Origin: Candidatus Bathyarchaeota archaeon
GTDB taxonomy: Archaea; Thermoproteota; Bathyarchaeia; Bathyarchaeales; Bathycorpusculaceae
DNA length: 64,000 bases
Assembly (NCBI GenBank): GCA_963767735.1
Contig: CAVYES010000004.1
Span: forward strand, 32,001-96,000
Reading direction: 5' to 3'
A program made the translations under genes and the position numbers. The notes under the pieces are model-generated. The model did no database searches, was not told the DNA's origin, and saw only the letters and a program-made list of their open reading frames with translations. This document shows positions 20,240 to 28,611 of this stretch, piece after piece. Every line of letters begins with the position of its first letter. The stretch's first letter is position 1.

Positions 20240-20680
20240 GTCAAGTATTCATCTAGCCCGTGCATGCAAGTAGGAAAAACGTACACTCTGCAATTCTACT
20301 ATAAAGGAGCCATGACGGTTTGGCCGCATGTGTTTTGCTTTAGCTCCTCATGGAATTCAATAGAAATGTTTAGCGGAAAAGCATTGCCGCCGACAAGCAT
20401 ATGGACGCTGGTAACGATAACCTTCGGGCCAATTCCTTCAGGTACCGCTACTTCACAAATTCGCTTTGACGTTGGCGACTGGAACATTCAAAGTAGATAA
20501 CGTCTCTGTCTTGACCCCCCTTCAGCATCTACATCTACTTCAGCAGCAGTGCTGATGGCAACTACAGCATCGACGAGTGTACGTCAAAAATTTGGGTTCG
20601 ACGACTACTCGACGGGACTTATTCATTTTCTAACTGTAAATTTGGGAAGTTTACTGCATTATTCTGCTGGATTGGTTTAA
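20240..20680 (+). pseudogene. Fragment of a carbohydrate-binding-module-like surface protein
   Basis: GKTYTLQFYYKG...WTLVTITFGPIPSG..QIRFDVG continues after a +1 shift near 20477 as TGTFKVDNVSV; no proper start. Confidence 0.5.
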
Positions 20681-20945
20681 AGCAAAAATAATAATCCTTT
20701 TATTTTTTTTAATTTCGTAAACTGTTTTATAGCCGATAATGACTGGAAACAAATTAATTCGTGAATCGGCAATCAGCCTTATGTCTTTATTGATTCTATC
20801 AAAGACCTCTTTTTTGGGCTGCATTGATGAATTCGAGTCTTAAAAATTAACCCCTACGTTTCTTTTAGAAGCGTTTGTTGTAGGCACAGTACAGTCACAA
20901 CTTCTAATGAGTGCCAAAGAATGTTGATTAATTGAGGTTAAAATT

Positions 20946-21524
20946 ATGAAAATTGCGATTATAGGAAAAGGCAGTGTTGGCAGCGCATTATGCAGTGGCT
21001 TAAGCAGCAAGCATGAAACAAAGTTTGGTCACCGAGACCCTGCAGAGCCAGTTGCTGACGCGGCCAAATGGGGAGAAATAATAATACTTGCTGTACCCTA
21101 CAACAACGCCAACGATGCAAGAGAGGAAATAAAACCGTACGCTGACGGAAAAATAGTGATAGATGCCACGAATGCGATTGGACCAGATGGTGATTTAGGA
21201 ATAAGCTGCACAACATCATCAGCGGAAGAAACGCAGAAAAAGCTGCCTAAAGCTCGCGTTGTTAAAGCGTTCAACACTGTATTCGCACAGAACCAAGGCA
21301 CTGGCAGAGTTGGCAACGAAGAATTAACGGCTTTCATTGCAGGTGACGACTTGAAAGCGAAGCAAACTGTAGCTCAGTTAACACGGGATATCGGTTTTGA
21401 CCCAGTTGATTGTGGACCATTGAAGGCAGCACGGTATTTGGACGCGATGGCGATAATGATAATCAAATTAGCCTACACTTATGGAATGGGACCAAACATA
21501 GGTTACAAACTGATAAAAGCCTAA
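20946..21524 (+). CDS. NADPH-dependent F420 reductase family oxidoreductase
   Basis: IAIIGKGSVG, ILAVP, IDATN, VVKAFNT, AGDD, D-G-L-AAR. Confidence 0.88.
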   Translation: MKIAIIGKGSVGSALCSGLSSKHETKFGHRDPAEPVADAAKWGEIIILAVPYNNANDAREEIKPYADGKIVIDATNAIGPDGDLGISCTTSSAEETQKKLPKARVVKAFNTVFAQNQGTGRVGNEELTAFIAGDDLKAKQTVAQLTRDIGFDPVDCGPLKAARYLDAMAIMIIKLAYTYGMGPNIGYKLIKA

Positions 21525-21629
21525 AATCTTTTGCTGTACGCCTGTTTCTTTTGCTACGCTGTTTTTTAAGGGGAAAAGTTTAAGGGTAATAGTTCGTTAT
21601 GGTTTCGCGTATTCCTATCCTGAGGGTTT

Positions 21630-22185
21630 ATGTTGAGCACTAAAACAGAAACAATTGAAGAGCGCAAAGCAGAAGTCCTTATCAAACTGAGAAAATACAA
21701 ACTGCTTGAAAAGGAAAAACATGATGGCGAAATAAGCTATATCATCGATATTCCACAGGACAAAGAGAAGGCTATTGTCTGGTGCATTTTAGGTGAAGCA
21801 ACCGTCGGTATTGCAGCCATGAACACACTCTACAAAGTGATGAAAGAGAAAGAAATCGACCGCGCAATAGTAGTTACTGAAGGACGCTACACGCACGCTG
21901 TTAAACTCGGCGCAAAGAAGAAACAAGTTGAGTTACTGCCAAAATCCTTTCCAGTTTTCGACATCTTCGAGCATGCGTTAGTTCCGCTCCACGAAATCCT
22001 GAGCGAAAAAGAGAAAAACCAGCTTCTTGCCCAATACAAGGTTAAGCCTTATCAGATGCCGCAGATAGAATCGGGCGACCCAGCGGTTAAAGCAATCGGC
22101 GCTAAACCAGGCGATATACTGAAAATCACTAAGGAAAAGCACAACGGCAGGCGAACATATAACTTACAGATATGTAGTAGAGTAA
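21630..22185 (+). CDS. rpoH: RNA polymerase subunit Rpo5/H with N-terminal Rpb5-jaw-like domain; +1 frameshift at about 22131
   Basis: HALVPLHEIL...PQIESGDPAVKAIGAKPGDILKIT; removing one A gives the canonical RKSTTAGEHITYRYVVE* ending at 22185. Confidence 0.93.
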
Positions 22186-22380
22186 AAAAAATCTATAACT
22201 CTAATTCTTAGTATTTTAGACAATTTCCAGTGTACAGCATACAAATCGATTGGAATGTTTTACTTCGCTTCTTTTTTTGTTAGTCAGTGTCTCTAATGTA
22301 GCAATAATTTCGAGGCCGTTTTTGTTCTTTTTGTTTTGAGTTGCTTCCTTGAGTTGGGGTTTGATTTGTTTGCAGGTTGA

Positions 22381-22454
22381 GTGTTTTCGCGTTTATCTGC
22401 GTTGATTCGCGTGTTTTTGCGTCTTTCTGCGTTTAACTGCGTTTGTTTGCGTTT
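22381..22454. repeat. Degenerate 10-bp tandem repeat (GT-N6-GC) x7
   Basis: gtgttttcgc gtttatctgc gttgattcgc gtgtttttgc gtctttctgc gtttaactgc gtttgtttgc gttt. Confidence 0.85.
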
Positions 22455-22638
22455 CTTAAGGTGAGTAAAAAAAGGGCCTCTTAGGTTTAGATCATTCAAA
22501 TTACTTTGACTATCATTTTGCACTAAGAGTCGTCTGGGTAATAGACGAAACAGTGGTTTCCAAGAAACGAAAGAAAGAAAAAAACTGCTGTTTGTTTAAA
22601 ATATGGTTGAAGCTTCATTTTGATGTGTTATAAAAATT

Positions 22639-22845
22639 TTATTTGGCAATCATTACTTCAGTTGATTTCATGATTGCTTCCACTTCGTCGCCCACTTTAA
22701 TGTCTAAATCTTCAACTGCTTCCTTTGTAATAACCGCTGTAACTGTTACTGGCACTTTTATTTCAACCTTAACTTTGGCTGTAATAACGCCTTTTTCAAC
22801 AGACACTACTTTTCCTTTAAAACGGTTTCTTGCACTTAACTTCAA
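22639..22845 (-). CDS. Putative nested in-frame molbindin (Mop), 68 aa
   Basis: GGAGGTGA (22858-22851), 5 nt spacer, then TTG: MKLSARNRFKGKVVSVEKGVITAKVKVEIK...KSTEVMIAK. Confidence 0.55.
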   Translation of the reverse strand: MKLSARNRFKGKVVSVEKGVITAKVKVEIKVPVTVTAVITKEAVEDLDIKVGDEVEAIMKSTEVMIAK

Positions 22846-23196
22846 ACCTTTCACCTCCAAACTGCCCGGATTCGACAAAACCTTGCCGAAGTAGCTCTCA
22901 ACCTGCTTATACTCAACAAGTAAACTTCTGCCTAAATCGTTTAACCGTGCGCCTCCGCCCCCGGATTTTCCGCCTTTGAAAGTTTCGACTATCGGCTCCT
23001 CCAGCGTCTTTTGAATATCATGCAGATAATTCCAAACATAGCGGTACGACATTCCTAGCGTTTCTGCAGCTTTAGAAATAGAGTTTTCCTTGTCAATGGC
23101 CTCGAGAATTTCTGCTCCGCCTTTGCCAATTAATGGTTTATCTTTAAATTCAATCCAGACTTTGCATGAGAGCTTATGTTTTTTGTTGGCAAGCAT
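22639..23196 (-). CDS. modE: ModE-family regulator: wHTH plus one TOBE/Mop domain
   Basis: ILEAIDKENSISKAAETLGMSYRYVW...GGKSGGGARL plus KLSARNRFKGKV; likely start ATG 23196. Confidence 0.9.
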   Translation of the reverse strand: MLANKKHKLSCKVWIEFKDKPLIGKGGAEILEAIDKENSISKAAETLGMSYRYVWNYLHDIQKTLEEPIVETFKGGKSGGGGARLNDLGRSLLVEYKQVESYFGKVLSNPGSLEVKGLKLSARNRFKGKVVSVEKGVITAKVKVEIKVPVTVTAVITKEAVEDLDIKVGDEVEAIMKSTEVMIAK

Positions 23197-23205
23197 TCTA
23201 GATAA

Positions 23206-23229
23206 GGTTATGTTCAAACCCATATAAAG
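23206..23229. promoter_or_regulatory. ModE box-like site overlapping the modE promoter
   Basis: GGTTATGT-N8-ATATAAAG; contains a minus-strand TATA (CTTTATAT) about 26 bp upstream of ATG 23196. Confidence 0.55.
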
Positions 23230-23256
23230 CTAATCAAAGAGGAGATAAGCATTTTT

Positions 23257-24288
23257 TTATTCAATGGTAGATATTACATACACGCTGTCTTCTGGTATTG
23301 TAATTGTTACGACATCTCCCCTTGAAGGTTTACTTTCAAGAAGCACTGTGAACTCAATATTGTTTATACTGATGATAGTGCGAAACCCAAATCTTTCTCG
23401 GAACACCTCTACGACTCGACCTTCAAATTTATTGACCCCGTTATTATTGCTAAGTTTAACTTTTTCGGGTCGCACACACGCGTAAACTGAGCCATTAATT
23501 TTCATGTGCGACTTCAGTTCCAAACTATTCTCCAACTTTATAATAGATCCCAAATCAGTAAGAGTAGCGTCGCCTTTGTGCAAATCGTAGAAACCTACCA
23601 GTTTCGCGGTAAGATAAGTTCTTGGTTCATTAAATATTTGCTCAGGGTCACCTACCTCAATTATTTTACCTTTATTTATCACAGCGATTCGACTTGCCAA
23701 TGAATAAGCCTCATCCCATTCATGAGTAACATGAACTACTGGAATATTGTATTTCTCGGGTATTGCTTTAAGCAGCCGTACGATTGACCCTTTAGTCTCG
23801 GGATCTATCATCGAAAGCGGTTCATCCAAGAGCAATATCTTCGGGCTAGTAACCAGTGCTCTCGCCAAAGAAACGCGCTGCTGTTCTCCACCGCTTAACG
23901 TAGCAGGCATCCTGTCCAGCAGATGCTCAATTCCTAGGTCTTTCACCACTCCATCAACCAATTTTTCTCTCTCCGGCTTTGGCACGCCTCTGGCTCTGAG
24001 CCCGAACTCTATGTTGCCACGGACATTCTTTGGATCAAATGAAGAAAAAATCTGTGATACGTAAGCAATATTTCTCTTTTCAGGAGGAACCGTTGTAATA
24101 TCTGAGCCGTCAAGCAATATTTTACCGCTTGAAGGTCTATAGGCTCCTGCGATTGTCTTGAGAAGCGAGGTCTTGCCGCTGGCAGTCCTTCCGATGATGA
24201 TCATGTATTCTTGTTGATCAACGTTTAAGCTGATTGAGTTTAACATGAAGGTGCCCAGAGTGAGATTAAGGTTAATTATTTGAAGCAT
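23257..24288 (-). CDS. Tungstate/molybdate ABC transporter ATP-binding subunit (WtpC/ModC-like)
   Basis: GRTASGKTS, LSGGEQQR, LLLDEP, HVTH, C-terminal TOBE-like region. Confidence 0.88.
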   Translation of the reverse strand: MLQIINLNLTLGTFMLNSISLNVDQQEYMIIIGRTASGKTSLLKTIAGAYRPSSGKILLDGSDITTVPPEKRNIAYVSQIFSSFDPKNVRGNIEFGLRARGVPKPEREKLVDGVVKDLGIEHLLDRMPATLSGGEQQRVSLARALVTSPKILLLDEPLSMIDPETKGSIVRLLKAIPEKYNIPVVHVTHEWDEAYSLASRIAVINKGKIIEVGDPEQIFNEPRTYLTAKLVGFYDLHKGDATLTDLGSIIKLENSLELKSHMKINGSVYACVRPEKVKLSNNNGVNKFEGRVVEVFRERFGFRTIISINNIEFTVLLESKPSRGDVVTITIPEDSVYVISTIE

Positions 24289-24301
24289 TGCATTCCTCTC
24301 T

Positions 24302-25096
24302 TCAGATGTGTTTAAGAATCCACCTGTAAATTATGAATATTGCAAGGACTATTATGAGAAGAGCGGCTGAATACTTTACTACTCCAGCTAACCCTAATGC
24401 TTCGAACCCCTCATAAATGTAGATCGAGGCTGGATAGACGTCGTTGCCGTTAAAGTACACATAATAAGCAACTACGAGAAGCGCACCCACCTCTGCAACT
24501 GCTCTTGCCCAGGTGAGTAATGCTCCGTTGGCTATTGACTTCCAGATTCTAGGCACTATAACATGGATAAATGTAAATGCTGGTGAGGAACCAAGTGTTC
24601 GAGCGGTCAACTCAATATCGGGGTTAATCGCCTTTATCGAGGTTTCAGTCACTCTTATAGAATAAGTTGCAGACAGGTATGTGACTGTAACTACGGCGCC
24701 TATCAACGTGTCAATCATGTTTATGCCGAGTCCCTGAAGAAATGGACCTAACCCATATTGCGAGGAGAAAGCTAACACAATCATTATGCCAACTACGACG
24801 TGTGGAACCATAATAGGTATGTCTATGATTGCTTCGACAACTTCTTTAAACTTGAAGTCGGATCTGGCTAGAAGATAAGCGAAAGGCGTACCTACCAATA
24901 CCGAGAGAAGAGCTGCGGACGTCGCAATTACGAAAGTAACCTCAATTGAAGCGATAAAAGAACCCGTGGAGAGCGCGGAAACGAGGTTATTGACACCGAG
25001 TGCTATGATAAGCAGGATTGGATAGATAAAAAAAAGGATTGTTATTGCGCTGCAGAAGATCAGTAGGGCTCTGAATTTTCCATTAAACTCAATCAA
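24302..25096 (-). CDS. Tungstate/molybdate ABC permease (WtpB/ModB-like)
   Basis: DIPIMVPHVVVG, ELTARTLG (EAA loop), WARAVAEVGA. Confidence 0.9.
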   Translation of the reverse strand: MIEFNGKFRALLIFCSAITILFFIYPILLIIALGVNNLVSALSTGSFIASIEVTFVIATSAALLSVLVGTPFAYLLARSDFKFKEVVEAIIDIPIMVPHVVVGIMIVLAFSSQYGLGPFLQGLGINMIDTLIGAVVTVTYLSATYSIRVTETSIKAINPDIELTARTLGSSPAFTFIHVIVPRIWKSIANGALLTWARAVAEVGALLVVAYYVYFNGNDVYPASIYIYEGFEALGLAGVVKYSAALLIIVLAIFIIYRWILKHI

Positions 25097-26241
25097 GCCC
25101 CAGTAAATTGGGATTTGTCTGTTGCGTTTTCCGGTGTAGTGTATGGTTTGATTAGACTTGGAACACTAGAGTCGCTGCCGTAGACAATGCCCTGCGAAAA
25201 AGGCGTTATGCCGTATTGCTCAAGTATACTTTGACCAGCTTTACTGTATAAGGTTTGGATGAATAAGGTGGCGGCTGCGGAATTTGTGGAGACTGTTGGA
25301 ATCGTGACACAATAGAGGACGGGGTTGACGACGAATGATTGGGTTGTTCCCAGTTCCGAATAGTTGAAGTTGGCTTCGTTATAGTATGGGGTGTCTGCTA
25401 ATACTCCTAAGTTGACTTGGGTGGGGAGCGTGATCCAGGCGAGGCTTGTCTGATTTGCCGTCTGCGGTATAGCGTTGGATTCGTAAGCTGAAGTAATGAA
25501 GTCTATGTGATCGGTCTGCATAAGCGGAACCAAATCATCTTCACTGTTTGCCATGTAGTATCTACTTGCGTGGTTGTATATTGCATCGTAAAGGTAAGTT
25601 ACATTGTTGAAGAAAGTTAAGCCTGCTAAGCGAATCATGCCAGCAGCCTGAAAACCGCTGGGGTCAGTGAAAGGATTCGAAACACCAACTGTAGTGGTTG
25701 TATTTAACGCAATCAAAGTGAACATATTTTGCCAAGCCGTAGTCCACGCAGTTGAATTTACTGTAAGTCCTTTAGCGGCTGTCCACATATTATACAGTTC
25801 TTTCCCGGCGGATGATTGTAGATTGACAATGATAACCATTTGTGTTTGGCCAAAGGCAATTTCATAGTTGGCAAGATTAGGAAAGAGGACAGTTGGCATA
25901 GCGGTCGTGTCAGCGGCGGCTTCCAAACTTAACGATTGTGTGAGGTTCTCTTCTTGGGCAACTAAACTACTGCCCTCAAACAGAGGAGGCGCGACTGTAA
26001 TGCTCGGATACAGTGCTTCAAAGGCGGTCAGCTCTGAGCCGAACGCGTATGTTAGAGTTCCGGCTGCACCGACTGCAAACGGCTTCCCACTTGAAGCTTT
26101 ACTGAGTAAAGAGTTCGATTCAGGGGTTCGTGATTGATTAGTGAAGTAGCCTATTGAAAATCCTATAGCGACTCCAATTAACAGACCAATTATAAGGAAT
26201 GCATAAGTCATAGTGCTTATTTTACGTTTTTCGACTGCCAT
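25093..26241 (-). CDS. Tungstate/molybdate-binding protein (WtpA-like)
   Basis: N-terminal TM anchor; AAGTL, EGS, AAD, SNPFTDPSG, ITLPTQVNLG; operon context. Confidence 0.82.
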   Translation of the reverse strand: MAVEKRKISTMTYAFLIIGLLIGVAIGFSIGYFTNQSRTPESNSLLSKASSGKPFAVGAAGTLTYAFGSELTAFEALYPSITVAPPLFEGSSLVAQEENLTQSLSLEAAADTTAMPTVLFPNLANYEIAFGQTQMVIIVNLQSSAGKELYNMWTAAKGLTVNSTAWTTAWQNMFTLIALNTTTTVGVSNPFTDPSGFQAAGMIRLAGLTFFNNVTYLYDAIYNHASRYYMANSEDDLVPLMQTDHIDFITSAYESNAIPQTANQTSLAWITLPTQVNLGVLADTPYYNEANFNYSELGTTQSFVVNPVLYCVTIPTVSTNSAAATLFIQTLYSKAGQSILEQYGITPFSQGIVYGSDSSVPSLIKPYTTPENATDKSQFTGA

Positions 26242-26282
26242 TTATTTCCCTTCATCAATTTTTTCGTTGGCGATATTTAATT

Positions 26283-26306
26283 CGACATGTTCATATAAAC
26301 ATAACG
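26283..26306. promoter_or_regulatory. ModE box in the wtpABC promoter
   Basis: CGACATGT-TCATATAA-ACATAACG, resembling the bacterial CGTTATAT-N8-ACATAACG type; overlaps a TATA-like TTTATATG on the minus strand. Confidence 0.7.
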
Positions 26307-26383
26307 ATTAAATAGTTAATCCTTAAGGCGCTGCTGAACGCCGAAACCACCTCACTACTGAACAAAGAAACGTAAACATGCAT

Positions 26384-26614
26384 CTAAGTTGGGCATTTTC
26401 TTTCTTCTGTTAGTTCGCTGAGAATCACCAGTGCTTCGCCAAGGGGCATGCCGAGCCTTTCAGCCAGTTCGTTTGCGGTAACGTCGGCTTTTTGCGGTAA
26501 AATGTTCTCGCGAGTGTAAGCTTTATGAGTTGGGTACATAACGGAAGCGTGAACCGCTTCAATAAGCAACTGCCAAAGCTTCTCTTTTGTATAATCATCC
26601 AAATTCATAAGCAC
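26384..26614 (-). CDS. Small hypothetical protein with C-terminal HTH-like segment
   Basis: VTANELAERLGMPLGEALVILSEL. Confidence 0.7.
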   Translation of the reverse strand: MLMNLDDYTKEKLWQLLIEAVHASVMYPTHKAYTRENILPQKADVTANELAERLGMPLGEALVILSELTEERKCPT

Positions 26615-26728
26615 TCAAACCATGCAGACGCTATTAAGGTTATTAACCTAACTCAAAATGCACTTGCAAAACCTACAACAAACTTAATACCTCGCCATCA
26701 CAGCTTGAAATATTAGAGTTGACTCTTT

Positions 26729-27700
26729 TTGAAAGCGGCTGTTTATCGTGGGCCTCATAACATCAAAATTGAAGAAGTTCCTGAACCCGAAGTTTCGGGC
26801 AGAAGGGTGCTCGTTAAGTTTAAGGCTGGAAGCATCTGCGGTACCGACATGCACTTCTACAGGGGCGAGTGGAAATGGATGAAGAAAGGCAGAATACTTG
26901 GGCATGACGCCTGGGGAATCCGAGAAGACACTGGCGAACGGGTAGTTATGGTCCCCATAGTGAATTGCGGTCACTGCTACTTTTGCCTGCGGGGATATCC
27001 CACTTATTGTGTCCGAGGCAAGTTTTACGGCTTAACAAGAGACGGTTTCTTCGCAGAATCAAAAGATATGCTGCCAAGAAGCTTAATTCCCATCCCCGAA
27101 AGCGTCAGCGATGAGGAAGCAGCAATAGTTGAACCCGTTGCTTTGGCACTTCGCGTGCTGAATTATATGAAACCTAATCTTGGCGATTGGGTAACCATAA
27201 TTGGGCAAGGCGCCATCGGCTTACTCATGACGCAAGTTGCGCAGTTGAAGGGATGCAGGGTCATCGCAGTAGATCTTGAGGATAACAGGCTTGAACTAAG
27301 CGAAAAGTACGGTGCAGACGCAATCATAAACGCTAAACATGAAGACGTAGTCAAGACCGTAAGAAAGTTGACGAAAATCGGCTCTGACTTGGTGATTGAA
27401 GCGGCGGGAACCACGGGGACAGTGGAGCAAACACCCTATTTGGTGAGGAAAGCGGGCAAAGTCGCGCTTGTGGGGGAATCTAAGGGACGCTTGAATTTGG
27501 AGGATGCTGATGAAGCCTTGTTTTTCACGATTTACATTTCGCCAGTTGAATATCCATCAGCTGTTGAGTTAATCGCTAGAAAACTGGTGGATGTGAAAGG
27601 GCTAATTACGCACAGGTTTAAGCTTGAAGACTTCGAAAAAGCACTGCAAACAGTTGACACCCCCGCCGCGAAGCCTCTGAAAGTTATCGTAACTAACTGA
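26729..27700 (+). CDS. Zn-dependent alcohol/polyol dehydrogenase (MDR family)
   Basis: ICGTD, GHD, CGHCYFC..YC, GQGAIG. Confidence 0.9.
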   Translation: MKAAVYRGPHNIKIEEVPEPEVSGRRVLVKFKAGSICGTDMHFYRGEWKWMKKGRILGHDAWGIREDTGERVVMVPIVNCGHCYFCLRGYPTYCVRGKFYGLTRDGFFAESKDMLPRSLIPIPESVSDEEAAIVEPVALALRVLNYMKPNLGDWVTIIGQGAIGLLMTQVAQLKGCRVIAVDLEDNRLELSEKYGADAIINAKHEDVVKTVRKLTKIGSDLVIEAAGTTGTVEQTPYLVRKAGKVALVGESKGRLNLEDADEALFFTIYISPVEYPSAVELIARKLVDVKGLITHRFKLEDFEKALQTVDTPAAKPLKVIVTN

Positions 27701-27785
27701 ATGTTCCAAGAGCAAGGCAACCGCAAAGTATATTTCTACAAGAGCAAGTGTTAACCCAAGTTTACGATTTACGGAGCTCACAATC

Positions 27786-28466
27786 TTGGTCGTTGAAGCA
27801 GTAATCTTTGATTTAGACGGAACACTTGCCAATTTCAACTTGGACTTCAAAGCTCTTCGCGCCGAAGTTAGAAGTTACCTGATGAGAATAGGTGTTCCTG
27901 CTTCAGTTCTAAATGTTAATGAAAGCATTTTTGAAATGCTTACAAAAACGGAAATTTTCATTAAAAACAACATTAAAGCTGCCCTTGCGTTTGGGGAAGT
28001 CCGCGGTCAAGTCATGGCTATCGCCGAGAAGTACGAAATGGAAGCTGCCTCAACCACAAGTTTGATGACGGGAGCCAACGAAGCGCTCAAGGAACTAAAG
28101 CAAATGAACATAAAAATGGGTTTATGCACAACCAGCAGTGAGAAAGCCGCAAATTACATTCTTAACCGCTTCAAGATAGAAGATTTCTTCCAAATTGTAG
28201 TTGCCAGAGACAAAGTGAAGTACGTAAAACCGCACACGGAACAGTTTGAAATTGCGCTTAAAGCGTTAGGTGCAACCTCGCAATCCGCCGTAATAGTTGG
28301 AGATAGCGTGGTGGATATGCAAAGTGCCCGAGAACTAAAAGCCATCGCTGTTGGTTTTCCAACTGGCGTGTCCACAGTGGAGCAGTTAATGAACAATGGC
28401 GCAAACTACATTATTACCTCGTTAACTGACTTGCCGGTTCTTGTAAAAGAAATAAATAAGCCTTAA
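27786..28466 (+). CDS. HAD-family hydrolase (phosphoglycolate phosphatase-like)
   Basis: FDLDGTL, CTT, KP, VGDS..D. Confidence 0.9.
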   Translation: MVVEAVIFDLDGTLANFNLDFKALRAEVRSYLMRIGVPASVLNVNESIFEMLTKTEIFIKNNIKAALAFGEVRGQVMAIAEKYEMEAASTTSLMTGANEALKELKQMNIKMGLCTTSSEKAANYILNRFKIEDFFQIVVARDKVKYVKPHTEQFEIALKALGATSQSAVIVGDSVVDMQSARELKAIAVGFPTGVSTVEQLMNNGANYIITSLTDLPVLVKEINKP

Positions 28467-28611
28467 CCCGAAAATATCGCGTCTCAAAACCTGAAATCGC
28501 AGATTTAAGTCCTAAACCCAAAAATCAACCTTAAACAAGCCCTGACCTGAACCATACCTACCTATAGACCTACCTAATTTTGTGCCAAAATTCAGCCACA
28601 AAAATTGGGGA

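Noticed and set aside
22381-22454. Possible CRISPR array
   Set aside because: Units are far too short, there are no spacers and no cas genes
22293-22523. 76-aa minus-strand ORF
   Set aside because: Low-complexity translation of the 10-bp repeat tract; the repeat period is not a multiple of 3
28540-28580. ACCT/CCTA microrepeats between convergent genes
   Set aside because: Short and irregular; compatible with low-complexity intergenic DNA
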